The notes: generated by a model not told the origin, from the sequence alone. Counted from the first letter of the stretch, positions 1 to 8,923 are shown. The stretch: 64,000 bases of DNA from Candidatus Cloacimonadales bacterium (GCA_963678315.1 OY782781.1:1248001-1312000); one strand, 5' to 3'. Made by a program: numbers and translations.

Positions 1-223
1 TCTTAAGGTTTCTATATAATCTTTCACACACTTTGTCTAAACTAATGCTTTCATGTAAAGAAGTAGCTATCTGCCTTACTATTATTGAACCTGAAGAAAT
101 AATGCCTTTAGTTATGTCTTTCAATGCTTTATATTCAGGCAGACTTAATCCTTGTGCATACTTTTTTACTTTTTTGGAAAATTTCCCTTGCAATTTTACA
201 ACACTATTTTTTACTAATTTCAT
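1..223 (-). mobile_element. N-terminal part of a putative IS (DDE, IS4-like superfamily) transposase, running off the window start
   Basis: Not in the ORF track. My translation from the ATG at 223 is MKLVKNSVVKLQGKFSKKVKKYAQGLSLPEYKALKDITKGIISSGSIIVRQIATSLHESISLDKVCERLYRNLK, open to the edge. The GI.xSgS..v..IA.sL.E.i.L.K..eRL.RnL pattern resembles DDE transposase N-termini. A GAGCTCC...GGAGCTC inverted repeat lies just upstream. Confidence 0.65.
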
Positions 224-680
224 ATTTAGAGAGCTCCCTATTTTTTGTTTTGTAGTAAATTCAATTTATTTAAGGAGCTCTTCTTTTTCAATAAATATTT
301 TAATTTATTTTATTATTTATCAATTACTTATATCCCCTCGAAAAATGGCTTAATATTAGCCTTTTCTGGGAAGTTAAATTAAAATTTAATCATAAAGTTG
401 ATTTTTGAAATACATGCCGTAAATCTAATTTTTACCTGACAAACTATATCTCTAGAATACTTATTCACTCTTAGTTAGCTCTTTGGCTATATGGTTTTTT
501 GGGGGTATGCTTGTAATACTTCATCTGGGTTCAATAACGATAACCAAGTTCTTTGCTAGGTATTAAAATGTATTTAAGTTCAATTATAACAGTACTATAG
601 AAATGTAAAAATAATAAATAAGTTATTGACAAAAATGTATCTATTTTGAAAAAATAGCAATAAGAAAGGAGAACGAGATA

Positions 681-1214
681 ATGAAAACTAGAAATATTGT
701 ATTAATTGCAATGATAGCTATACTTTTATCTATGGTATCATTGTACGCTACAGGTCACAGTGGCCATTGTGGAAAATGTGAAGGTCATTCAGAAATTGAA
801 GAAGTTGAAGTAACTGGAAGAGTCACAAAAACCGATACTTGCTTAACCTTAACAGAGCAGGGAAAGGAAACAGTTTTAAAGCTTGTATTCTCTGAAGAAA
901 TGGAAGCAAAGGCAGATTCAATAGACACTCAAAGTATTTATACATTTAAGGGTAAATTATCAAATAGTGGAAAAACTATTTTTGTTAGTCAGTTTAGTGA
1001 GTTAACTCAAACTAAAACAGCAGGCTATCAGGTAATCCCTGAAAAATGTATAGGTTGTCGATTATGTGTGAGAAATTGTCCAGAAAATGCTATCAAAATG
1101 GTAGATGGGAAAGCAGTAATTGACCAAGAAAAATGTGTTGATTGTGGAATTTGTAAAGATGGTAACGGGAAGTTTAAGGGTTGCCCAGTAAAAGCAATTG
1201 AAAAAAGCAAATAA
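681..1214 (+). CDS. Exported 2[4Fe-4S] ferredoxin-like protein with N-terminal His/Cys motif and small beta domain
   Basis: Sec-type signal ending SLYA; HSGHCGKCEGH; CIGCRLCVRNCP and CVDCGIC...GCP cluster motifs; RBS AGGAG. Confidence 0.85.
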   Translation: MKTRNIVLIAMIAILLSMVSLYATGHSGHCGKCEGHSEIEEVEVTGRVTKTDTCLTLTEQGKETVLKLVFSEEMEAKADSIDTQSIYTFKGKLSNSGKTIFVSQFSELTQTKTAGYQVIPEKCIGCRLCVRNCPENAIKMVDGKAVIDQEKCVDCGICKDGNGKFKGCPVKAIEKSK

Positions 1215-1233
1215 GAATTGAAGTGGAGATGTG

Positions 1234-1770
1234 ATGAAAAAAATATTATTTGTTGTGACTATAGTCTTGTCTTTAGTTGTCACTCTTTTTGCAGTTTATC
1301 AGATTAATCCTTCTGATTGTAGAAACTGTGGAAGATGTGTTAGTGCATGTGATGAAGATGCAATTTATTTTGATACTAGTGTTGGAAAATACCAAATTGA
1401 TCCTAACCTATGTGAAGATTGTGGTGATTGTGTTGATAGATGTAGAGATGATGCTATTGAGCAAGTTCCAGTGTCTAATGATGATACAGATGTAGAAATT
1501 GTTACTTTAAGTGTAAATGTTTTTCCTAATCCAACAGCTACAAAAGCTATCTTTAAGGTATTCACTGAAGATAGAAATATGGAAGGAAAACTTTCAATAT
1601 ATAATATGAAGGGTCAAAAAATAAGATCATATAATGTAGATAGTAAGAATAATGTTACTAGTTGGGATTTAACCAATTCGAAAGGAACTAGAGTAGCACC
1701 TGGAAATTATCTCTATAAATTAGAAGCTGGAGATAAAACTATAACCAGAGCTATGACAGTCTTGGATTAA
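1234..1770 (+). CDS. Secreted 2[4Fe-4S] ferredoxin-like protein with C-terminal FlgD-Ig/T9SS type A sorting domain
   Basis: Signal peptide ending TLFA; CRNCGRCVSAC and CEDCGDCVDRC; tail FPNP...IYNMKGQKIR...WDLTNSKG..VAPGNYLYKL. ATG 1234 chosen (GGAG at 1225); alternative GTG 1231. Confidence 0.85.
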   Translation: MKKILFVVTIVLSLVVTLFAVYQINPSDCRNCGRCVSACDEDAIYFDTSVGKYQIDPNLCEDCGDCVDRCRDDAIEQVPVSNDDTDVEIVTLSVNVFPNPTATKAIFKVFTEDRNMEGKLSIYNMKGQKIRSYNVDSKNNVTSWDLTNSKGTRVAPGNYLYKLEAGDKTITRAMTVLD

Positions 1771-1771
1771 T

Positions 1772-2023
1772 ATGAATAAGAAACTGTTATTAATAATTAT
1801 TGTAGCAGTTGCATTTTGTGGGTTTCTCGTTGCTGTAGTAGTGACTGAGAAACCTTTTGTGCAAAAGAGCGATTGTGTTGGATGTGGAGATTGTGTAAAC
1901 GAGTGCCCTGTTGATGCTATTGAAATTGTGCATGGTAAAGCAGTTATTGACCAAGAGAAGTGTATTAACTGTCAGCTATGTGTAAAAAAATGTACTTATA
2001 ACGCTATAAAAGTAGGAAAATAA
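1772..2023 (+). CDS. Small 2[4Fe-4S] ferredoxin-like protein with N-terminal signal/membrane anchor
   Basis: Hydrophobic N-terminus; CVGCGDCVNECP and CINCQLCVKKC. Confidence 0.85.
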   Translation: MNKKLLLIIIVAVAFCGFLVAVVVTEKPFVQKSDCVGCGDCVNECPVDAIEIVHGKAVIDQEKCINCQLCVKKCTYNAIKVGK

Positions 2024-2268
2024 TGAAAAAGATTACTCTAATAGTACTGATTGGCTTGCTTGTTTTTGTGACTATATCTTGTAAGAAACCATCTGATAAA
2101 GAATACCATGTAGATAAATCTTCTTGTACTGCTTGCGGAGAATGTATTGATGCTTGCGATTACGATGCAATTGAATTTGATACAGATGGAAAGGCTGTGA
2201 TTGATCAATCAAAATGCAAAGCTTGTGGAGATTGCATTAAAGTATGTCCTGAAGGAGCAATCTATTAA
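2023..2268 (+). CDS. Lipoprotein 2[4Fe-4S] ferredoxin-like protein
   Basis: Lipobox-like VTISC after a hydrophobic stretch; CTACGECIDAC and CKACGDCIKVCP; TAATG coupling. Confidence 0.85.
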   Translation: MKKITLIVLIGLLVFVTISCKKPSDKEYHVDKSSCTACGECIDACDYDAIEFDTDGKAVIDQSKCKACGDCIKVCPEGAIY

Positions 2269-3479
2269 TGCGTAAAATATTCTTAACCTTGTTTTTACTA
2301 GCAGTCTCGCTGATATGGGCAGGCAACTATTGGAATCAGTCTCAAGTAACTTTAACCCAAGATGAAGATGCTGATTATTGGGGATTTAAGAATAATCATC
2401 TTGCTGAATATTATCTTAATAATCTCTATCTAGAAATAGGTCTTAATACTTTCCTTTCAGAAATCAGTTCTCCGGACTATATTGAAGAGAGAAGTTCTTA
2501 TGTTACTAATGAAATAAAATCTTTTACTATATATAATATTACTTCTAACTCAAGTCTTAAATTAGGCTTTAACAATAATTATTATGATTACAATAAAAGC
2601 ACTACTAATACTTTAGTTGAGGGGATAGGACTACCAAGCCAAACATTAGCTAAGAACTATTCATATCTTGTATATGAAGGGCAATTTAATAATTTGCAGA
2701 TTCTTAGTGGTGTAAGGTATAGAACAAATTATTATGATCATCAAATTGACCTAGGTGGTTTAATAAATACTGCTGAATATCATACTTATGATGAATTCTA
2801 TAAGGATATATATCTTGCCTATAACTTGAGTGAAGAAGTAAGGATTTATTCTGATTTCTATAATAAGACTTTCTATAGCTCAACAAAAGACTTCCTGGAT
2901 CCAAAACGTGAATATGATGTTACTGAATATGGTTTAGGTGTAAATTATACTTCAAAAGATTTCTTTAATGGAAAGCTGGTAGAAGATTTCTATTATGAAA
3001 AAAGATTAGGCGATAATCTACAAGAGTATGAAGAAGATTATTTTGTGAATAGTTTTAGATATGTTCTTGCTTTGCATGATAGATTAAATGCATTCTGTTC
3101 CTACATAAGCCACTTCTCCTATGATTCTGAAGATAAAGAATTTTATAGACTTGCTAATATGGTTAGAATGCAACTTCGCTATAACATATCTTATGATGAT
3201 GGCGATTCTTATATTTTAGCAGGAACTAGACTAAATCCTGAGAATCAATCACGAAGATACTTTGTTGAAGTTAAATATCCATTAATGGATAAGCTCTACT
3301 GTCGAGTAAATGAAACTTACTATTATGAAACATATAATTCTGTTTCAACAGCCCTTGAATACTACCTTACATCTGCAAGCCATATATATGTAGAAAATAA
3401 CTATACAGACTCTCTAGATGATTTTGGCTACTATTCTTATAAAAACCAATTCTTACTTGGTGCTAGGATGTATTTCTAA
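2268..3479 (+). CDS. Putative outer-membrane beta-barrel protein
   Basis: Signal peptide ending IWA; Tyr/Asn-rich alternating strands; C-terminal BAM-like signature LLGARMYF; TAATG-coupled on both sides. Confidence 0.7.
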   Translation: MRKIFLTLFLLAVSLIWAGNYWNQSQVTLTQDEDADYWGFKNNHLAEYYLNNLYLEIGLNTFLSEISSPDYIEERSSYVTNEIKSFTIYNITSNSSLKLGFNNNYYDYNKSTTNTLVEGIGLPSQTLAKNYSYLVYEGQFNNLQILSGVRYRTNYYDHQIDLGGLINTAEYHTYDEFYKDIYLAYNLSEEVRIYSDFYNKTFYSSTKDFLDPKREYDVTEYGLGVNYTSKDFFNGKLVEDFYYEKRLGDNLQEYEEDYFVNSFRYVLALHDRLNAFCSYISHFSYDSEDKEFYRLANMVRMQLRYNISYDDGDSYILAGTRLNPENQSRRYFVEVKYPLMDKLYCRVNETYYYETYNSVSTALEYYLTSASHIYVENNYTDSLDDFGYYSYKNQFLLGARMYF

Positions 3480-4465
3480 TGCTTAAAACACTTATTGAAG
3501 GATTTACTTTAGGTTTATCCACAGGCACACTTTGCCTTGTTTCCTGCACACCAATTTACCTACCTTATCTTGTATCGGAAGATAGATCCTTTGCAAAGAA
3601 TATTTGGAAGGTTATGGAAATATCTCTAGGACGTTTCTTTTCCTATATAGTCTTTGGTTTAATGGCTGGTTGGTTAGGAAGCAACATTGGAACAATTAAT
3701 CGGGATTTGTTTACTGGTATTGCTTACATCCTCTTATCAATATTCTTAGTAATGAGCGTTCTTAGGACCAAAAAGAAAGGAAAAGGATGCCATGTTCCTA
3801 AAATGCTAAAAGTTACTTCTTCTGCCTTTTTGCTAGGTGTATTTACAGGAATAAACTTCTGTCCTTCTTTCTTGATAGCTCTTTCAAAAGCAGTTGATTT
3901 AGCAGGTCCAATAAGTGGAGCTTTATTGTTTATGGGCTTCTTTTTGGGGACATCTATATTTTTAATACCTTTAGCCTTTTCGGGTTTCCTTGCTCAAATT
4001 AAGAAACTCAAGCTTGTAGCTCAAATTGCTTCTATTGCCATAGCTGTCTGGTTTATATATTCTGGTGCTACAAAAGTGTATGATTATATTAAAGAATCCA
4101 ACCAAGAATATTATATTGTTGAAGCAACATCAGCTGAATATTCTATGGTGTTGATTTCTAGTCAGGATACTGGGGCAAACTTCTTGACTTTGACTGATTC
4201 CCTTTTCTCCTTCAAGAAAGATCAGTTCACTCTAATCAATGATTCAATGATAGAAGCATCTGAATTAGAAGAATTCAATGATAATACTATTTTGCTTATT
4301 GAAAAGAAACTGATTACAGAAGCTAACCATGAAGCCTTGCAAAAGTATCATCATTTTATTATCACTAAAGATATACCAGCGGAAAATATCTTAGCCTTTC
4401 TTAGAAATACTAAAATGAAATTGAAACAAGATGCTCATATACATTTTTCTTTAGAAAGTAAATAA
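3479..4465 (+). CDS. DsbD_2/CcdA-like (TauE/SafE-annotated) multi-pass membrane protein with soluble C-terminal domain
   Basis: GLSTGTLCLVSCTP in TM1, GRFFSY motif, GINFCP in the second half, about 6 TM segments. Confidence 0.75.
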   Translation: MLKTLIEGFTLGLSTGTLCLVSCTPIYLPYLVSEDRSFAKNIWKVMEISLGRFFSYIVFGLMAGWLGSNIGTINRDLFTGIAYILLSIFLVMSVLRTKKKGKGCHVPKMLKVTSSAFLLGVFTGINFCPSFLIALSKAVDLAGPISGALLFMGFFLGTSIFLIPLAFSGFLAQIKKLKLVAQIASIAIAVWFIYSGATKVYDYIKESNQEYYIVEATSAEYSMVLISSQDTGANFLTLTDSLFSFKKDQFTLINDSMIEASELEEFNDNTILLIEKKLITEANHEALQKYHHFIITKDIPAENILAFLRNTKMKLKQDAHIHFSLESK

Positions 4466-4487
4466 ACTATTAAGTAAAAAAACACTT

Positions 4488-4518
4488 AAGAGTCTTGATA
4501 AGTCAAGACTCTTTTCTT
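4488..4518 (+). terminator. Intrinsic terminator of the Fe-S operon
   Basis: AAGAGTCTTGA-TAAG-TCAAGACTCTT followed by TTCTT. Confidence 0.7.
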
Positions 4519-4705
4519 GTTTGCAAAATAAAAGGATAAAGCTTTTTACATTTAGAATCCTAATAAGCACAGTGACTTTTTAAGTTCTAAAACATTATTT
4601 AGGATAATCTTAGCTTTTGGAATAAAAATCCCATCGCATAAATATGATTTAGGTTGAATTTACAATCTATTAGGATGTTTAATTTTGAAAACATGTGAGG
4701 TGTTT

Positions 4706-7700
4706 ATGCAAAAAAAAGTAAGCTTATTGTTTTGGTTTATAAGCATGTTTATGGTACTTTTACCAACTTTTTCCTATGGGCAATTTACTCTTGAGAGTGA
4801 TACTGAAGATCAAACAATTATTGTATTTAATCTGCCTGATTATAATATAATACAAGCAAATCATGTTAATAAAGGTTACAAAGTAATTGAAACTAGTAAA
4901 CATAATTACAGATTTGATGAAGGTTTACCTAACTTACCATTTTACAATACTACAATCCAAATCCCAGATTTGGGAGATGCTACATTTGACTATTCGATAT
5001 TAGAATCAGAAACTATTGAAAATACAGCTATTTTACCTTATTTTGAAGAAGTACCGGTTCTAGCAAATTCTACAGTAAAACAAGAAGAAAATAACCAATG
5101 GTATCCGGAAGATGAGGTGTTAATAGGCGAGCCAGCAATAATGAGAAACAAGAGATTAATCAATATAATGATTAACTCTTTTCGATACAATAACAATAAA
5201 CAAGAACTTCAAGTTCTTAAAAAAGTTAAAATAATAATCAATTATAATCGCAGTAGAACAGGAGTTAATCAGCTAATTTTTAATAATGTGGGCTCTTCTA
5301 ATGAATTCGAGGATGTTTTTAGAGCTAACATTCTTAACTATGAAAATCATGATAATAGGTCTGAATTTCAAAACCCTTCTATCCTGTATATATATAATTC
5401 TGTTTTACATGAAGGTTTTCTATCTTCCTTGAATGAGCTTGTTGAATGGAGAAGAGAGTTGGGATGGAAGGTTAGAGTTTTTAATTGTATGAATTTAACT
5501 AAAGAAGAGATTAAAGCGTATATTCAAGAGTGTTATTATTCGGATATAAATCCCATTACACATGTTACTATATTTGGCGATAATGGTATTCCATCATATT
5601 TTGAAGATATTGAGAGGGAAGATCCAACCTATGTTAATAGTGATCATCCTTATACATTGCTTTCTGGGAATGATTATCTTTCAGATATCTTTCTAAGTAG
5701 GATGTATGTAGATGATGATTATAAGGCTGCTGTTTTTGTAAATAAAATTATTAGTTATGAGAAGCAGGATATAGTAACAAATACTGATTGGTTTAATAAG
5801 AATATATTAGTAAGTGCTATTAATCAGGGTGTAGATGGTACGGTTATTTCAAGTGTTTTTACAAACCAATACGTGAATGAGATAATGTTAAGCTATAATC
5901 CTGCTTATGAGAATTCTGTTTATGATTATAGTTTGTCTACAAGTAACGTTATGGATGATATCAATGATGGCTGTCTTTTTTTTAATTATAGAGGAGATGA
6001 AACTATTTTGAATTTACACAACTACCTGGGCAACCAACTGGCAAACTATAACAAGTTACCAATTTTAGTGTTGTATACAGATAGCAGTCTGACATATTCT
6101 AACCGCTTTGGCAATTTAATGACAGTAATTGGGACTCCTGATACTCAATTAGGATCACCAGCTGTTTTTGGAATGGATACAGATGATAGTCATACAGCCT
6201 ACAATAATATTTTATCAGCTTCTACAATGGAATATTTCTTTGTAAATGATGGATGGTATTGTTCTAGTGCATTAAACAACGCTAAGTTGAGATTATGGCA
6301 AACTTATAATATACATAATCCTCAAGTCGCTGATTTACAAATGAAAGCTGCTGCACTCAATGGTGATGCTGCTATGAAAGTTTGGAAAGGTGTTCCCAAA
6401 GATATGGATGTATCATGTGATGATATTATTTTAGTAGGAAGTGACCAGTTTGAAGTTAGTGTAATGGAAGGTAACCAAGCTTTAAAAGATGTATGGGCAA
6501 CAATAAAGATTGGTGATGAGACCTACTCAACTTATACAGATTCTCGAGGTATTGCTATGATAGAATTTGCTATGGAAAGTGGGGAGGATGTTCTCTTAAC
6601 TCTATCTAAAGAGGGTTATAGAACACAACAAATGCCTTTATCTATTGAGGAAATTGAAGAAAGTATTATCATTGAAAATACTTCCTTATACTCCAATAAT
6701 CAAGAGTGTGATTTTTTATTAGCTCAATCTAGCTATGACTTAGAGTTGGAACTAAAAAATACAGGAACAGTCTTACTCCAAGATGTAGAGGTTACAATTA
6801 CCTGTGATTCTGAGGATATTAATTTTGATGCTGGTCAATTAAACTTTGGTGACTTAGCTTGTGGCGAAACTGGTCTAGGGAATTTCTCTTTCTCGGTGTT
6901 CTCTATTAATAACGATAAAGCTATAAAGTTTGATATTCTAATTGAATCTGGAGACAGGTCGTGGAATAAATTTATCTATTTTGATACTCAGACTCCAATT
7001 ATTGAGATTGATCCACAATTTGTAACTAATAGCTATAATTTTTTTCATGGGATAGTTGATTTCAGGATAGTTAATAACGGTAATCAAGCTCTAAATAATG
7101 GATTAGCTACTTTAACTACTAGTAATGGAGCTTTTACCATTACAGATAGCTCTTTTGAATTTAATGCGTTAGACATTGATAGTACTTTGACTCTAAACTA
7201 CTCCATTTCTTCAATAGGAAATATTTATTTGGGTACAATTGTACCTTTTGAGTTAGAGATAGAAGGGGATGGATATCATACAGTTTTACAGACGAATGCA
7301 TCTTACGCTTATCCTAGCCAAACTCAACCTACTGGTCCTGATCCCTATGGATATGTTATATATGATTCTTATGATACAAATTATGAGGAATGCCCAAACT
7401 ATGAATGGATTGATAGTTCTGAAATTGATAATGGTACTTATTTTGAGCTTGATTTTGACTATTCTACTCCTGAAGAAAACACAGTTCAATGCATAGAAAT
7501 GCCTTTTACCTTTAGTTTTTATGGGGTAGAATATGATTCTATATCTGTGTGTGCAAATGGATGGTTATCTTTTGGATATACCGAGCAAGCAAGCTTCAGA
7601 AATTGGAGTGTTCCTGGTCCTTTAGGTCCATCTCCTATGCTTGCTGTCTTTTGGGATGACCTTGAAATGGAAGAGTCTTCAAGTTGCAATTATGTTTATG

Positions 7701-8869
7701 ATATTGATAATCATTGTGTTATTATAACATGGCAAGACGTTGAAATATACAATAATGTTGCTCTTATTACTTTTCAAGCTATATTATATGACCCTGATTA
7801 TTATGATACCTCAACTAATGATGGACCGATTAAATTACAGTATCAAGATATATGGATTTTTGAAGTTAATCAACATAGTGGGGGGAATTATGTAACGGTT
7901 GGAACAGAAGATCATACTAGCCAAGTTGGATTAGAATACACTTTTAATAATCAATATCCTGTTACAGCACATCAATTAGAGGATAATTTCGCCCTTTACA
8001 TAACTACAGAAACTGAACAAAAAGCTCCTATAGCCATAGCAGAAATAAGTGATATATATATTGATGAAGATTCTGAATTCTCTGGATTAAATACAATCAA
8101 TTTGTTTAGAGACCCTAATAATGATGACTTTGAGATTTTCCTTGCAAATACAGAACATTTTACTATGACTATTAATGAAGCAAATATTGCTACTATTAGC
8201 CCAACAGAAGACTGGTATGGTGTTGAAGAAGTCACTCTATGTGCTCAAGATGATTTTAATCCTGATTGCGGAGAAATATCTTTTACTATGAATGTAAATC
8301 CTATCAATGATAGGCCTGTTTTACTCAATTCTTACCCTGAAGAAAGTGACTTGATAAGTGAGGTTGATTTCTTTGGATTTGGAGTTGATGTATATGACCC
8401 AGATAATGATATTGACTATACATGGAAGATAAATGGCACGATTATTGAGGGCGAGACAACTGATACATTGTACTACTATTTTGAAGAATTGGGTATCTAT
8501 AATATTAAATGTTATGCTACAGATGGTATGGTTACTATAATGACTGATTGGAATATTACTGTTACGACTGATAATGAAGTAGAATATGCTTTAGTTAACT
8601 CTCTATCCCAGAATATTCCTAATCCATTCAATCCTTCTACTGCTATAAATTTCTCTATTAAGAATAGTAGTAAAGTATCATTAATCATTTACAACATAAA
8701 AGGTCAAAAGGTTAAAACTCTCGTTTCTGATAGATTAGAAAAGGGAAATCATACTGTTGTTTGGAAGGGTAATGATGATAATAATCAAAAGGTTTCATCA
8801 GGTATTTACTTCTATAGATTAATCACTGATGAATTCCAATCTACAAGAAAGGCTATTATGCTGAAATAG
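4706..8869 (+). CDS. Gingipain-like C25 family protein (propeptide, C25 domain, Ig-like domains, T9SS/FlgD sorting domain), probably catalytically degenerate
   Basis: GLPNLP propeptide; WRRELGW, SDHPYTLLSGNDYLSDIFLSR, FFNYRG, NGDAAMKVW; C-terminal QNIPNPFNP...IYNIKGQKV...SSGIYFY. ATG 4706 follows GAGG. Confidence 0.8.
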   Translation: MQKKVSLLFWFISMFMVLLPTFSYGQFTLESDTEDQTIIVFNLPDYNIIQANHVNKGYKVIETSKHNYRFDEGLPNLPFYNTTIQIPDLGDATFDYSILESETIENTAILPYFEEVPVLANSTVKQEENNQWYPEDEVLIGEPAIMRNKRLINIMINSFRYNNNKQELQVLKKVKIIINYNRSRTGVNQLIFNNVGSSNEFEDVFRANILNYENHDNRSEFQNPSILYIYNSVLHEGFLSSLNELVEWRRELGWKVRVFNCMNLTKEEIKAYIQECYYSDINPITHVTIFGDNGIPSYFEDIEREDPTYVNSDHPYTLLSGNDYLSDIFLSRMYVDDDYKAAVFVNKIISYEKQDIVTNTDWFNKNILVSAINQGVDGTVISSVFTNQYVNEIMLSYNPAYENSVYDYSLSTSNVMDDINDGCLFFNYRGDETILNLHNYLGNQLANYNKLPILVLYTDSSLTYSNRFGNLMTVIGTPDTQLGSPAVFGMDTDDSHTAYNNILSASTMEYFFVNDGWYCSSALNNAKLRLWQTYNIHNPQVADLQMKAAALNGDAAMKVWKGVPKDMDVSCDDIILVGSDQFEVSVMEGNQALKDVWATIKIGDETYSTYTDSRGIAMIEFAMESGEDVLLTLSKEGYRTQQMPLSIEEIEESIIIENTSLYSNNQECDFLLAQSSYDLELELKNTGTVLLQDVEVTITCDSEDINFDAGQLNFGDLACGETGLGNFSFSVFSINNDKAIKFDILIESGDRSWNKFIYFDTQTPIIEIDPQFVTNSYNFFHGIVDFRIVNNGNQALNNGLATLTTSNGAFTITDSSFEFNALDIDSTLTLNYSISSIGNIYLGTIVPFELEIEGDGYHTVLQTNASYAYPSQTQPTGPDPYGYVIYDSYDTNYEECPNYEWIDSSEIDNGTYFELDFDYSTPEENTVQCIEMPFTFSFYGVEYDSISVCANGWLSFGYTEQASFRNWSVPGPLGPSPMLAVFWDDLEMEESSSCNYVYDIDNHCVIITWQDVEIYNNVALITFQAILYDPDYYDTSTNDGPIKLQYQDIWIFEVNQHSGGNYVTVGTEDHTSQVGLEYTFNNQYPVTAHQLEDNFALYITTETEQKAPIAIAEISDIYIDEDSEFSGLNTINLFRDPNNDDFEIFLANTEHFTMTINEANIATISPTEDWYGVEEVTLCAQDDFNPDCGEISFTMNVNPINDRPVLLNSYPEESDLISEVDFFGFGVDVYDPDNDIDYTWKINGTIIEGETTDTLYYYFEELGIYNIKCYATDGMVTIMTDWNITVTTDNEVEYALVNSLSQNIPNPFNPSTAINFSIKNSSKVSLIIYNIKGQKVKTLVSDRLEKGNHTVVWKGNDDNNQKVSSGIYFYRLITDEFQSTRKAIMLK

Positions 8870-8896
8870 TTTACTGCTTATATATAACTTAAAGAT

Positions 8897-8923
8897 GTAG
8901 AGACGCTAGCTAAGCGTCTCTAT
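8897..8923. repeat. GTAG-type REP-like palindrome
   Basis: GTAGAGACGC-TAGCTAA-GCGTCTCTAT; related degenerate copies at about 49978-50003 and 50042-50066. Confidence 0.6.

Noticed and set aside
33..353. 106-aa plus-strand ORF
   Set aside because: Antisense shadow of the minus-strand transposase-like frame; TTG start, no RBS.
626..660. Promoter or FNR/Fur-like site upstream of the Fe-S operon
   Set aside because: TTGACA is present, but I see no convincing -10 element or dyad symmetry.
762..788. CGKCEGH as a heme c attachment site
   Set aside because: It is CxxCxxH, not CxxCH.
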